From NCBI GenBank assembly GCA_029557395.1, contig JAKQIK010000045.1, positions 1-52,649 on the forward strand: a stretch of 52,649 nucleotides of DNA. The letters run 5' to 3'. Source of the DNA: a bacterium. GTDB lineage: Bacteria > Patescibacteriota > Saccharimonadia > Saccharimonadales > JACDBH01. The notes under the pieces were generated by a model. That model was not told where the DNA came from, searched no databases, and saw only the letters and a list, made by a program, of their open reading frames with translations. A program made the position numbers and the translations under genes. This document shows positions 1 through 8,880 of the stretch, one piece after another (the first letter of the stretch is position 1; the number at the start of each line of letters is the position of its first letter).

Positions 1-63
1 CAAAGAGTATAAATTTACCGCTTTATAGGCGGTTCTTTATATTTTTAGCCTATTAGATGCCCT

Positions 64-1167
64 TTAGGCTGGTTGACCACCTCTATACTCTTCGCAAATT
101 CGTACTAGGTATCGAAGATTATGAATACTGCAAAGTGTTCCAGCAAGTGGCTCTTTGACCTTAAACTGATGGCGCAAAAAGCCTTTTGAGTATCCTGACT
201 CGCAGGTGTAGCAATCACAGCCTGGATCAATCACACTATTATCATCTATATACTTACTGTTCGTTAAATGTATCTTTTTATCACCAGCAACCCATACAGT
301 CGCATGACGAGCATTACGTGTCGGTAATACGCAATCAAGCATATCTATGCCGTGCTCAATAGCATATCTGATATCTGGTGGATCGCCAACTCCCAGTAGG
401 AATCTTGGTCTTGGTGAATTATCGTAATAATTTGTCAGAAAATTGAGTATATCGTACATTTCGGCCTTAGTTTCACCAACTGACAAGCCTCCAATAGCAA
501 TACCACCAACGTTACTCGACTGAACAATTTCCAAACTTTTACGCCTCAATTCTTTGTCTAATCCGCCCTGTACAACCCCGAATAATATCGGTTTTTGTTC
601 TTCGGGCATGTCTACTGTAAGCCTCTCGAACTCCTTGATACAACGTTCTAACCAACGATGTGTCCTTTCGTATGCTTCTAGCACATCTTTTCTAGATTTA
701 TTATCTAAACCTGTCAAATGATCAAAAGCCACAATCATATCCGACCCTAGTTCTAGCTGAATCTGAATGGATTTCTCTGGGGTAATTAATCGCATTTCTC
801 CTGTCACCGGATGTTTAAATTCAACCCCTTCTTCTGTTATCTTACGTAATTTACTAAGGCTAAAAATTTGAAAACCCCCAGAATCAGTTAAAATTGGACC
901 ACGCCATTTACCGAACCCATGTACACCGCCAAGAGCACTGACTACCTGTTCGCCCGGCTGTAAATGCAAATGATATGTATTAGCTAATACTACCTGTACT
1001 CCGGTAGATTCTACTTGTTCGGGAGTTAAGCTCTTGACCACTCCTCTGGTACCATCAGGCATAAATATCGGTGTCATGACCCGCCCTACCCGTGTTTGTA
1101 GTATCGCCGAACGACTTCCATCATCAGCTGGCTTTATACCCTTAAAAAATGTGTTTTTTACATCCAT
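64..1167 (-). CDS. tgt: queuine tRNA-ribosyltransferase (Tgt)
   Basis: Translation shows Tgt hallmarks (TPIFMPDGT, LANTYHL, DSGGFQ, zinc motif CDCYTC...H). The ORF stays open up to a GTG at 1389, but family-like sequence starts at the ATG at 1165-1167, so the start is set there. Confidence 0.88.
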   Translation of the reverse strand: MDVKNTFFKGIKPADDGSRSAILQTRVGRVMTPIFMPDGTRGVVKSLTPEQVESTGVQVVLANTYHLHLQPGEQVVSALGGVHGFGKWRGPILTDSGGFQIFSLSKLRKITEEGVEFKHPVTGEMRLITPEKSIQIQLELGSDMIVAFDHLTGLDNKSRKDVLEAYERTHRWLERCIKEFERLTVDMPEEQKPILFGVVQGGLDKELRRKSLEIVQSSNVGGIAIGGLSVGETKAEMYDILNFLTNYYDNSPRPRFLLGVGDPPDIRYAIEHGIDMLDCVLPTRNARHATVWVAGDKKIHLTNSKYIDDNSVIDPGCDCYTCESGYSKGFLRHQFKVKEPLAGTLCSIHNLRYLVRICEEYRGGQPA

Positions 1168-1245
1168 AACAGAGGTAATTATAACACAATCATTGACATA
1201 TTTATATGAATATGTTAACATAAGCGAGTTAATCGAGGAGATTTG

Positions 1246-1365
1246 GTGAGTAAAACTCAGCCAACCACGCTTGACGGCTTTAAATTGTTCTACGAGGAAC
1301 TCATAAATATAAAGCCCGCCAAGCAACGTTTGCGCCGGCCAAAAGCTAGTGTAATCGTTAATTAA
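1246..1365 (+). CDS. candidate 39-aa basic small protein (or part of an sRNA), antisense to the open 5' extension of tgt
   Basis: GAGGAG Shine-Dalgarno 5 nt before GTG 1246, stop at 1363-1365. Lies between a TTGACA-N17-TAACAT promoter-like site (1193-1221) and a strong hairpin terminator (1417-1453). No homology recognised. Confidence 0.25.
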   Translation: MSKTQPTTLDGFKLFYEELINIKPAKQRLRRPKASVIVN

Positions 1366-1416
1366 CAATCCAGTACTACGTGGCAACACTTAGCAACTGG
1401 GACAGAGGTGGATTAT

Positions 1417-1453
1417 AAAAACCTTCAGGTCAAACCCTGAAGGTTTTTCTTTT
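1417..1453 (+). terminator. strong rho-independent-type hairpin (13-bp stem AAAAACCTTCAGG / CCTGAAGGTTTTT, 6-nt loop, T tail)
   Basis: Perfect inverted repeat 1417-1429 / 1436-1448 followed by a TTTTTCTTTT run. It sits in the divergent tgt/nrdR intergenic region. Confidence 0.55.
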
Positions 1454-1508
1454 CCCCAGAAATATATATAGTTATCCACTAGCTTTTTTAACAGCGTTAT
1501 GTCAATAT

Positions 1509-1934
1509 ATGGACATGAAATGTATTTATTGTCATTCAAAAACCCAAGTAACAAACTCGCGGTCCAAAACCTTGGATTCGTCTGTCTGGCGTCGCAGACA
1601 ATGTACGACCTGCCAAGCAGAGTTTAGCAGTATCGAATTACCCGACTATTCAAAAAGTTTAGTAGTCAAATCTACGTCCGGTAAACTATTTGCCTTTTCC
1701 AGAGATAAACTCTTTCTTAGCCTGCATAAAGCACTGGGTCATAGACAAGATGTACTAAATAGCGCCAGTGCTATCTGCGACACCGTGGTAGCGAAGTTAA
1801 TTAGACAAAATGACCAGGAAAAAGGCTTAATAAAAGCATCGTCACTTGCACGTACAGCCCATGAAACACTCAAGCGATTTGATAGCTTGGCGGCAAGCAC
1901 TTATAAAGCCTACCACCGTCATTACATCAACTAG
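1509..1934 (+). CDS. nrdR: NrdR-family transcriptional repressor
   Basis: N-terminal zinc ribbon (CIYCHS...CTTCQ) with the VTNSR/RRRQC pattern typical of NrdR, followed by an ATP-cone-like region. Start could be Met3 (1515). Confidence 0.85.
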   Translation: MDMKCIYCHSKTQVTNSRSKTLDSSVWRRRQCTTCQAEFSSIELPDYSKSLVVKSTSGKLFAFSRDKLFLSLHKALGHRQDVLNSASAICDTVVAKLIRQNDQEKGLIKASSLARTAHETLKRFDSLAASTYKAYHRHYIN

Positions 1935-1941
1935 AATAACC

Positions 1942-2610
1942 CTAGATAAGTGTCGACCAGTAATACCAAAACTTGATCAAAATAGTCAAAACAATCACCA
2001 AGTACCAACCAATCAGTATATTGGCATGATTTGATTGCAAGAACCTAACCAAAGAATCATACTTTTTGCTAATTTTTATGTTTTTCTCACGCAGATTATA
2101 CAGTGTTGTGTATAGGAAAATCGGTATTGTAACTGTCCAAACAACCATACACCAAGGACAAAGTGCCTCAATTACAAAGATACTCTGAAACTGCAACCAA
2201 GTAATGAATAGGACGCCGAACAATGTTCCTGCCTGTAAGCCCAGCCAAAACCAAAGCCTGAATGAAGCGCCAGCGAGTAGAGCCATTCCGACCGTCACAA
2301 CAATAGCAAAACCAGCCACACCGATAAATGGATTGGGAAATCCAAAAGCCGATGCTTGCGGGGTTATCATGACAGAGCCACAGCTAAGAAGTGGGCTGAT
2401 ATTACAACTTGGCTGATAGGCTGGGTTTATCAAAATCTCTACTTTTTCAATTGATAAATCGGCAGAAGCAATAAACCCGATCATACCTAAAATTACCAGA
2501 AGTAGCCCAATAATTTCGGGAAGGGTACGTTTCATGAAAGGCTTTCTGTTTTTGACCTTTTTCTTAGCTGTTTGATTTATTCCCATATATTGCCAAATGT
2601 ACTTAATCAT
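1942..2610 (-). CDS. vitamin K epoxide reductase (VKOR) family membrane protein
   Basis: Multi-TM protein with a loop cysteine pair (CNISPLLSC) and a CPWC redox motif in a TM helix. Confidence 0.8.
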   Translation of the reverse strand: MIKYIWQYMGINQTAKKKVKNRKPFMKRTLPEIIGLLLVILGMIGFIASADLSIEKVEILINPAYQPSCNISPLLSCGSVMITPQASAFGFPNPFIGVAGFAIVVTVGMALLAGASFRLWFWLGLQAGTLFGVLFITWLQFQSIFVIEALCPWCMVVWTVTIPIFLYTTLYNLREKNIKISKKYDSLVRFLQSNHANILIGWYLVIVLTILIKFWYYWSTLI

Positions 2611-2614
2611 AGAT

Positions 2615-4204
2615 TTATTTCTTGACAGCCTTTTCTGTTACATCAAATTTACCCATATATTTACCAATCATCAGACGGGTCTGAGAATAGAGAGCTGCCG
2701 CAGAGTTATAGAGAAGTGTCGTGATAGGAAGCAAAACCCATTGCACAACCATAAATATATTTCTGTGTTTTTTGTAACGCTCTGGCCTAGGCGGAAGAAA
2801 CTTCAAACTTAGTAGCAAGCTTACAAAAAGCCCAGACAAAGCTATGGTTTGTATCGTGCTAGCCATCCTTGGTAACTGATTTGCTACAAAATTATCAGGC
2901 TTTATAACAGCGGGAATTAGTGGTGCCACTAAAATAGTTAGGGAGGCAGTAGCCCATGAAACATGACCATCAATCAATCTGGCTAGCTTCATGAAGAAAT
3001 CTATCCTTGGGACTTTACTGCCCTTTGCAAAACCCTTTGAAGCAACATAGGCCACATCACTAGCGCCCCAAGCCCAACGTTGCAATTGCTTAAATTGAGC
3101 TTTTAGAGTCCGTCTGTAATTATCTGCCAAAACTGCATCTTGGTATATTGGAGTAAAGATTGGATAAACTTCGTGTTTACCATCAAATCTAAAATACGTT
3201 CTCCAAAATTGATGACCATCCTCAACTATTGTCCTGACACTCCAAAAATCAGTATCGATGAGCGCGGCCATGCTCTGAGCATGAGAACTAAAATTCCTCA
3301 GCATATGTGGTCTCAAACTTAAAACAATATTCCAAAATGAATTACCTGTAGCTATGACCCTCATTGGTGCTGGAGCGTCCCAAATATTATTAGTAAATAT
3401 CGGGATTGGCTGATAAGACACATATCTGGGATCCTCTGTGCTACAAAATGTATAAGTCAACGCAGAAAGATACCACTGGTGTGGCCTATTGTCTGCATCT
3501 AACGTAGTAACGACTACTTTTTCTGGGTTAATTTTGGATTTTTCAAGATATTTTTGTAACTCCCTACCAGCAAAAGTAATATTTCCACCCTTGCCTATCA
3601 CCTCTCCAGGTATGTTGTCGGGATGTTTGATAGCAAAAGCGTGCTTAAAATTACTCTTGTACTCTTTGATGAGGTCGTTGGCCTGATATTCAACTTGAGA
3701 CCCACCTCTTTCTTCATAAGCTAACACTAGAATCACTTTTTTCATGTCATATTTTGACGCTAGGACAGATTGGATTGTAGGCTCTAGGATATCTCTGCTC
3801 TCGTTATATGTTGCGATAATAATAGCGTGATAAACCTCGCTTGGCTGACAAAATACCGGGTATTCTACAAGTCTGCCTACATTCCTGATGTGCCATTTTG
3901 GATTTTTGCCATGCGGATGTGTAAGTTTGCCAGCTTCTAGGTCATCAACCAGTAATTGCCAGTTGAGCGCTTGTTGTCTGGATAACATTCGATATCCCTG
4001 GATAGACCTTATACTCATTACAATGCCTTTAAAAAACCAGACTAGCAAGAAGGCAAGGATAAATACGGCAAACAAGTTCGGATTAAAAATACTAAATGCA
4101 ATCGGGGCTATTAATACGCTCCAACTAATGGCTCCTGGTAAGATCTCCCAGAGTCTATATTTCCAACTTCTATCTTTTTCGTATGGAATCTCTATATTCG
4201 TCAT
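2615..4204 (-). CDS. membrane-bound family 2 glycosyltransferase (processive, cellulose-synthase-like)
   Basis: N- and C-terminal TM segments, TLDADN motif and QLQRW (QxxRW) motif. Confidence 0.85.
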   Translation of the reverse strand: MTNIEIPYEKDRSWKYRLWEILPGAISWSVLIAPIAFSIFNPNLFAVFILAFLLVWFFKGIVMSIRSIQGYRMLSRQQALNWQLLVDDLEAGKLTHPHGKNPKWHIRNVGRLVEYPVFCQPSEVYHAIIIATYNESRDILEPTIQSVLASKYDMKKVILVLAYEERGGSQVEYQANDLIKEYKSNFKHAFAIKHPDNIPGEVIGKGGNITFAGRELQKYLEKSKINPEKVVVTTLDADNRPHQWYLSALTYTFCSTEDPRYVSYQPIPIFTNNIWDAPAPMRVIATGNSFWNIVLSLRPHMLRNFSSHAQSMAALIDTDFWSVRTIVEDGHQFWRTYFRFDGKHEVYPIFTPIYQDAVLADNYRRTLKAQFKQLQRWAWGASDVAYVASKGFAKGSKVPRIDFFMKLARLIDGHVSWATASLTILVAPLIPAVIKPDNFVANQLPRMASTIQTIALSGLFVSLLLSLKFLPPRPERYKKHRNIFMVVQWVLLPITTLLYNSAAALYSQTRLMIGKYMGKFDVTEKAVKK

Positions 4205-4557
4205 CTCAATACCATTAGAGCATTACTGACTATTATAGTAAGTAGATTAGTCAAACTACAGACTGCAAGAATAATGACGGATACATTTTTTCTGATAATA
4301 AATGTCTTCAGGCTAAGCATTGTTGAAATAGTAAAATTCAAGATGAGAAATAATACAAATCCAGCCATGTCCAAACCAAATCCCCTCTGATACTCACCAA
4401 TTCCATAGTCTGCCCTATATTCTATGATGTAGTTAGTAGTAGTACCAGAATCTAACCTAAAAAGTATCAAAACCGCACCGGCTATGACCAAGAAAATGTT
4501 GATTATTAGTAATAATAATATAGCCTTGTTGTGAAAATATTTATTTGGAATTGTCAT
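4201..4557 (-). CDS. small integral membrane protein (4 TM), unknown function
   Basis: 118-aa hydrophobic ORF whose stop overlaps the start of the GT2 gene by 4 bp (operon-like coupling). Confidence 0.6.
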   Translation of the reverse strand: MTIPNKYFHNKAILLLLIINIFLVIAGAVLILFRLDSGTTTNYIIEYRADYGIGEYQRGFGLDMAGFVLFLILNFTISTMLSLKTFIIRKNVSVIILAVCSLTNLLTIIVSNALMVLR

Positions 4558-4645
4558 AATAAGCTAGACTAATTATACACCTAAAACAGTAGTATAAACA
4601 ATCCATACTAGTAGATCGCTCTCTGTTCTGACTGGATAAATTGCT

Positions 4646-4881
4646 CAAACAAAAACCCCCAGGCTATGCCTTGGGGGCCTTTGTTTGGCGCGCCGGGGCC
4701 GGATAGCGGGCTTCGCCCTTCTTCGCTCAGGTGAAAAGAAAATGCCTATCGGCGCTTTCTTTTCTTACTTCGCTACGCCGAACCGGCCGTTCGCTTTGCT
4801 CACTCTTCGCCGGTTCAAATCACTGGAGCACACCAAACAAAAACCCCCAGGCTATGCCTTGGGGGCCTTTGTTTGGCGCGC
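4646..4881. repeat. 48-bp perfect direct repeat pair (4646-4693 and 4834-4881) flanking a 140-bp GC-rich insert
   Basis: CAAACAAAAACCCCCAGGCTATGCCTTGGGGGCCTTTGTTTGGCGCGC occurs twice. Each copy holds the tRNA-Asp terminator hairpin plus the last 8 nt of tRNA-Asp (GCGCGCCA on the minus strand). Confidence 0.9.
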
Positions 4882-4950
4882 TCGACCGGATTCGAACCGG
4901 CGATCTCCTCCGTGACAGGGAGGCATGTTAGGCCTCTACACCACGAGCGC
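4874..4950 (-). tRNA. tRNA-Asp (anticodon GTC), CCA encoded
   Basis: Minus strand GCGCTCG...CCTCC-CTGTCAC-GGAGG...GGTTCGAATCC...CGAGCGC-G-CCA folds as a cloverleaf of 77 nt. Confidence 0.92.
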
Positions 4951-5022
4951 AAGATAATCCAACCCAGTTATTTTAGCAATTATTTACTTATTTTTCAACT
5001 ATCAGCACTCATGTGTTAACCC

Positions 5023-5056
5023 ATGGAGCCGAAGATGGGACTGTGGGCCCACGACC
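5023..5056 (-). pseudogene. degenerate duplicate of the 3' end of tRNA-Thr (non-functional fragment)
   Basis: ATGGAGCCGAAGATGGGACT (5023-5042) is identical to 5202-5221, and CCCACGACC is also shared. The T-loop sequence is disrupted and there is no 5' half. Confidence 0.75.
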
Positions 5057-5202
5057 CGAAAACCACCAGTGGTGGTTTGAGTTCACGAGAAATAAGCCTT
5101 TCTGATTGAATAGTAAGCTGATATACACACGGTTTATCAAGATGAATAGTGATGAGGTCGTGCTTTTTGTAAGCCATAACAACACACAAAACTAGAACAT
5201 TA

Positions 5203-5278
5203 TGGAGCCGAAGATGGGACTCGAACCCACGACCTGCTCGTTACGAATGAGCTGCTCTACCAGCTGAGCTACTTCGGC
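5203..5278 (-). tRNA. tRNA-Thr (anticodon CGT), CCA encoded
   Basis: Minus strand GCCGAAG-TA-GCTC...anticodon loop TTCGTAA...GTGGGTTCGAGTCCCAT-CTTCGGC-T-CCA, 76 nt. Confidence 0.9.
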
Positions 5279-5316
5279 ACTAATAGAAACTACCTGAGAT
5301 TATACACCACAAAAGG

Positions 5317-6459
5317 CTACCTACTGGGCCCTGGGTCTACCGGACCTTGCCCTGGTACTGTCAATTCTTGTCCAGATTGTACCTCTGGAATATCAATCAG
5401 CTTCTTTAGCGAGCTTTTTTGTTTTTGTTCATCAATGTAATGTTTGATATCTTTGAGATTAATCTGAATATGTGCTGCCCTGGCCTTACCGTTTTCAATA
5501 CTCAAGGTTTTAACGATTTCTAGGGTATAATCTGCATTAATAATATTAGAATACTGGCCTACCTGTTGAGCAAAAACTATTTCTGTTACCTTGGCTGACA
5601 ACTCCTTGCTTGAAGTTGTTATTTCGGTTGCGTATTCACCACCGTTAGCCTTGGTGGATTCATCATCTGAGAATTCACTAGCCACTACTGCAAAATCGGC
5701 ACCTGATTTTAGCTTATCAAGGGCAGAATTAGCCTTTGCATGAGCCTCAGTGTCAAGCTTATCGACAACCTTCCTAGCTAATACTTGTTGCTTATAGGCT
5801 CGCCTAAAGTCATTCAAAGACCAACCCCAATAGTCTCGAAGGACATCTTCTAGCATTTTCTTATCCGAGCCAAGTCTATCTTGCTTAGATATCAAATCCA
5901 ATCCTTTCTCTAATTCTTCAGCAGATACAGATACGTCATTTTTTTCGGCCAGAGACTTAACATACGCATCGTTTATTACTTGATCAAGTGATTGCTTCTT
6001 TAGTTCTTTTAGTTGCTCTTGGCCCTCACTGGTAGAAAAATTTACCTTTTGCTGATTTTCGTAATAATGGATGTTGCGCCTTAGCTCAAACAAATAATTT
6101 TCATAAGATACAAACCTACCATCTACTCTAGCTACTGGAAAAGGTACAATCTGCGTAACTCTATAAGTAAACGTGGATGTACTCTGAAACTTATATAGGC
6201 TTAGGAGTGAATAAACAATGAACAGGACTAATGTTAGTAAAAATATTGATATTGATAACCAAACTATCTTATGTTTTGAGTGTTGTAATGGATAGATATA
6301 CTTACGAGCACCGGCCAGCACTTCTTCTCTATGCTCTGCAACTGTCTCATTGGTTATGTATGGCAACTTGGTAGAGACCGTGGTCTCACTATCTTTTTTC
6401 CTAATCTTGTTGATGGGTTTCTTAACCGAATCTTTAACTTTTGAGAATTTATTCTTCAT
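5317..6459 (-). CDS. membrane-anchored SurA-N/PpiC(parvulin)-like chaperone (PrsA-like)
   Basis: N-terminal TM helix, a long helical region, and a parvulin-like segment GADFAVVASEFSDDESTKANGG. Start set at ATG 6457-6459, which is preceded by AAGGAA; the ORF track start at 6510 lies upstream of it. Confidence 0.65.
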   Translation of the reverse strand: MKNKFSKVKDSVKKPINKIRKKDSETTVSTKLPYITNETVAEHREEVLAGARKYIYPLQHSKHKIVWLSISIFLLTLVLFIVYSLLSLYKFQSTSTFTYRVTQIVPFPVARVDGRFVSYENYLFELRRNIHYYENQQKVNFSTSEGQEQLKELKKQSLDQVINDAYVKSLAEKNDVSVSAEELEKGLDLISKQDRLGSDKKMLEDVLRDYWGWSLNDFRRAYKQQVLARKVVDKLDTEAHAKANSALDKLKSGADFAVVASEFSDDESTKANGGEYATEITTSSKELSAKVTEIVFAQQVGQYSNIINADYTLEIVKTLSIENGKARAAHIQINLKDIKHYIDEQKQKSSLKKLIDIPEVQSGQELTVPGQGPVDPGPSR

Positions 6460-7018
6460 CTTGTATTCCTTCTTGCTGTGGAGATAAACCAGCACCCATA
6501 CTATGGCCAAGATCTCTCAGTAAATGTAGAAGTTTCTTTTGGATCTTAGCTGGGTGATGGACATGACTAATGGTCAGACTCCCCACATAAGTTTGTACAA
6601 CTATTGTACCAAATCCTAGCAGAGTCTGCTCAATTCCATCAATTTCATAATTAACCATTTGAATTTGATCAACACCGATAGCCACCATACTTCGCTTGAA
6701 CAAGCCTTTTTGGGTAATTTGTATCATACGCTGATCCGTAAAAATATAAACACTATAGTTCCAGCTAATCCACCAAGGTAACATAATCAACAGCCCTAAT
6801 AAAAATCCTATTGCTAGCGCTATATAAAAAGTCATAACGGTCGGTAGTTTTTCGGGGTTATTTGCATAAACAAAATTCATACCCACTACTACGAGCATTG
6901 GTATCAGTAGTCCAACACAAGCAAATACGAGCCCCCTACGCATAACAACTGGGTGTTTGCGAAACACTAATAGCACAACCTCGTCATCAAATTGCTCTTT
7001 GAAATACCTAATCGGCAT
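6449..7018 (-). CDS. membrane protein with bacterial PH-like (YdbT/bPH_2-like) domain
   Basis: Two TM helices followed by a beta-rich domain. ATG at 7016-7018 is preferred over the TTG at 7057. Confidence 0.55.
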   Translation of the reverse strand: MPIRYFKEQFDDEVVLLVFRKHPVVMRRGLVFACVGLLIPMLVVVGMNFVYANNPEKLPTVMTFYIALAIGFLLGLLIMLPWWISWNYSVYIFTDQRMIQITQKGLFKRSMVAIGVDQIQMVNYEIDGIEQTLLGFGTIVVQTYVGSLTISHVHHPAKIQKKLLHLLRDLGHSMGAGLSPQQEGIQDEE

Positions 7019-7115
7019 ATCATCACCAATATCTTCAGTTCCATTAGCCAAAAACAATATTGTACCAGACTTATCCAGTCATTTTGCTCATTGGTTACAC
7101 CAACAAGTATAAATC

Positions 7116-7190
7116 TGGTGCCCCCGCCAGGATTCGAACCTGGAGCTTCTCTTTAGGAGAGAGATGTTTTATCCCTTGAACTACAGGGGC
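7116..7190 (-). tRNA. tRNA-Gly (anticodon TCC), CCA encoded
   Basis: Minus strand GCCCCTG...TCTCT-CTCCTAA-AGAGA...CCAGGTTCGAATCCTGG-CGGGGGC-A-CCA, 75 nt. Confidence 0.88.
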
Positions 7191-7277
7191 ATCTGTAATC
7201 AGGATATATACTAACATAGACAGCTGGTTTGTCTAAGTCAAAACAGATAGATAGTATCTTTGAGCGTAGACGATAGG

Positions 7278-7793
7278 CTATTTAGATTTGCGATGCTTGG
7301 CCTGAGTATAGACTTCAAAAACAGTTTCGTAATCAAAAATTTCGCTATCGCTAAACCAGTGATCGATTTCTCGTTGTGCCTCTTCTGGATCGCCTGATGC
7401 ATGGATAATATTCGGTATGCCAATACCCTCTTTGTCTGCATGCCCAAAGCTAATATGAGCATAGTCACCTCGTATAGTCCCTGGCTGTGCAGACTTTGGC
7501 TCTGTAGTACCAACCATCTTGCGCACTAAAGCAACTGCTTCAACACCCTCGAGCACAAAGGCTATCACTGGCCCTTCTTGCATCATCCTAAGAGTTATCT
7601 CAAACTTATCCTGGCCGCGTCGCGACACCATTTTGCCAATGTTCTCATAATGTTCAAAATAGTGGTCTGATGTTGGTTGAAACATCCGAGAAGCGACGAT
7701 TTTTAAGCCTACTCTTTCAAATCTTGTTAGTATCTCGCCAACGATACCACGCTTTACAGCGTCTGGCTTCAATATTATTAGCGTACGTTCCAT
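7278..7793 (-). CDS. ndk: nucleoside diphosphate kinase
   Basis: MERTLIILKPDAVKRG..., GTIRGDY, and active-site His context NIIHASGD. Confidence 0.92.
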   Translation of the reverse strand: MERTLIILKPDAVKRGIVGEILTRFERVGLKIVASRMFQPTSDHYFEHYENIGKMVSRRGQDKFEITLRMMQEGPVIAFVLEGVEAVALVRKMVGTTEPKSAQPGTIRGDYAHISFGHADKEGIGIPNIIHASGDPEEAQREIDHWFSDSEIFDYETVFEVYTQAKHRKSK

Positions 7794-7932
7794 AAATTCC
7801 TTCTTATTAATTTTTACTTAATAAATAATATACCAGAATACTGTTACTAAAGACAGCATATAGAAGTTTTGTATAAAATATTTATTCAATTTTACCTCTG
7901 TTAAAATTTTATACGTGTGTTAAAATACCCTT

Positions 7933-8856
7933 ATGCTAGTATCAAAAATTCGAGTCGACTTCTTGGAATATATGGAGATTGAACAAAATCGATCTCAAAA
8001 AACTATCCAGAATTATGACCATTATCTTACTCGTCTCACTGACTTCGCGGGCGACGACCTAGATGTATCCAATATCAATACGGAATTGGTTAGAAAATGG
8101 CGCTTATGGCTCAATAAACTCGGTACAAATACGTCAGATGAACTACAAAAAAATACACAGAATTATCACCTGATAGCACTGCGTAGTTTTTTGAAATATT
8201 GTTCTAAACGCGATATTCCTACCTTATCAGCTGACAAAATAGAACTTGCCAAATCTAATCGCAAACAAGTAACGTTTCTGGACACAGACGAGCTAGAGAG
8301 GATTTTTAGCCAACCAGATATTAACACATTGGCCGGACTCCGGGATAGGGCTATTTTGGAGTTATTATTTTCTAGCGGTTTGCGAGTCTCTGAACTAGTT
8401 AGCATAGACAAAAGTCATATTAATCTAAAGAGACGAGAATTTATGGTGCGAGGAAAAGGTCAAAAAGACCGGCCTATCTTTATTAGTAAAGATGCATCAA
8501 TATGGATACAAGAATATTTAGACAAAAGAGATGATAACAAACAGCCACTGTTTGTACGTATCGGAAAAACGAGCAAAAGTATCACAACAGATGGTGATTA
8601 TTTTAGACTAACACCTAGGTCTGTCCAAAGGCTTGTCAAAAAATATGCCCTACTCGCTGGTATCACCAAACATGTTAGCCCGCATACATTGAGACATAGT
8701 TTTGCTACAGACCTACTCATGAACGGAGCTGATATCAGATCTGTACAGGCCATGCTCGGACATAGCAACATATCCACCACTCAGATATATACACACATTA
8801 CAGATTCACATCTAAAAGAGTCCTATGAGCAGTTTCATGCTAAAGACCGTCGATAA
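7933..8856 (+). CDS. tyrosine site-specific recombinase, XerC/XerD type
   Basis: SAM-like N-terminal domain. C-terminal catalytic motifs GLRVSEL, HTLRHSFATDLL, LGHSNISTTQIYTH. Confidence 0.88.
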   Translation: MLVSKIRVDFLEYMEIEQNRSQKTIQNYDHYLTRLTDFAGDDLDVSNINTELVRKWRLWLNKLGTNTSDELQKNTQNYHLIALRSFLKYCSKRDIPTLSADKIELAKSNRKQVTFLDTDELERIFSQPDINTLAGLRDRAILELLFSSGLRVSELVSIDKSHINLKRREFMVRGKGQKDRPIFISKDASIWIQEYLDKRDDNKQPLFVRIGKTSKSITTDGDYFRLTPRSVQRLVKKYALLAGITKHVSPHTLRHSFATDLLMNGADIRSVQAMLGHSNISTTQIYTHITDSHLKESYEQFHAKDRR

Positions 8857-8880
8857 CACGCTACTTATTTTAACAATAAC

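Noticed and set aside
1168-1389. 74-codon N-terminal extension of the tgt ORF (GTG start at 1389)
   Set aside because: Tgt-like sequence begins at Met 1167. The extension has no recognisable Tgt similarity and is overlapped in antisense by a promoter/SD/terminator unit. It is kept as a possibility only.
4694-4833. 140-bp insert as a second tRNA or tmRNA gene
   Set aside because: The 3' end mimics a tRNA acceptor/CCA, but I cannot form an acceptor stem, D-arm or anticodon arm, and no tmRNA-like tag reading frame or 5' GGGG acceptor is present.
4685-4931. Two plus-strand ORFs (76 and 66 aa) across the GC-rich insert and tRNA-Asp
   Set aside because: They overlap a tRNA gene and a perfect repeat/terminator, have Arg/Pro/Gly-rich composition typical of GC-rich non-coding DNA, and lack a Shine-Dalgarno.
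7238-7513. 91-aa ORF overlapping ndk in another frame
   Set aside because: Nearly all of it (7278-7513) overlaps the well-supported ndk coding sequence on the same strand. No independent support.
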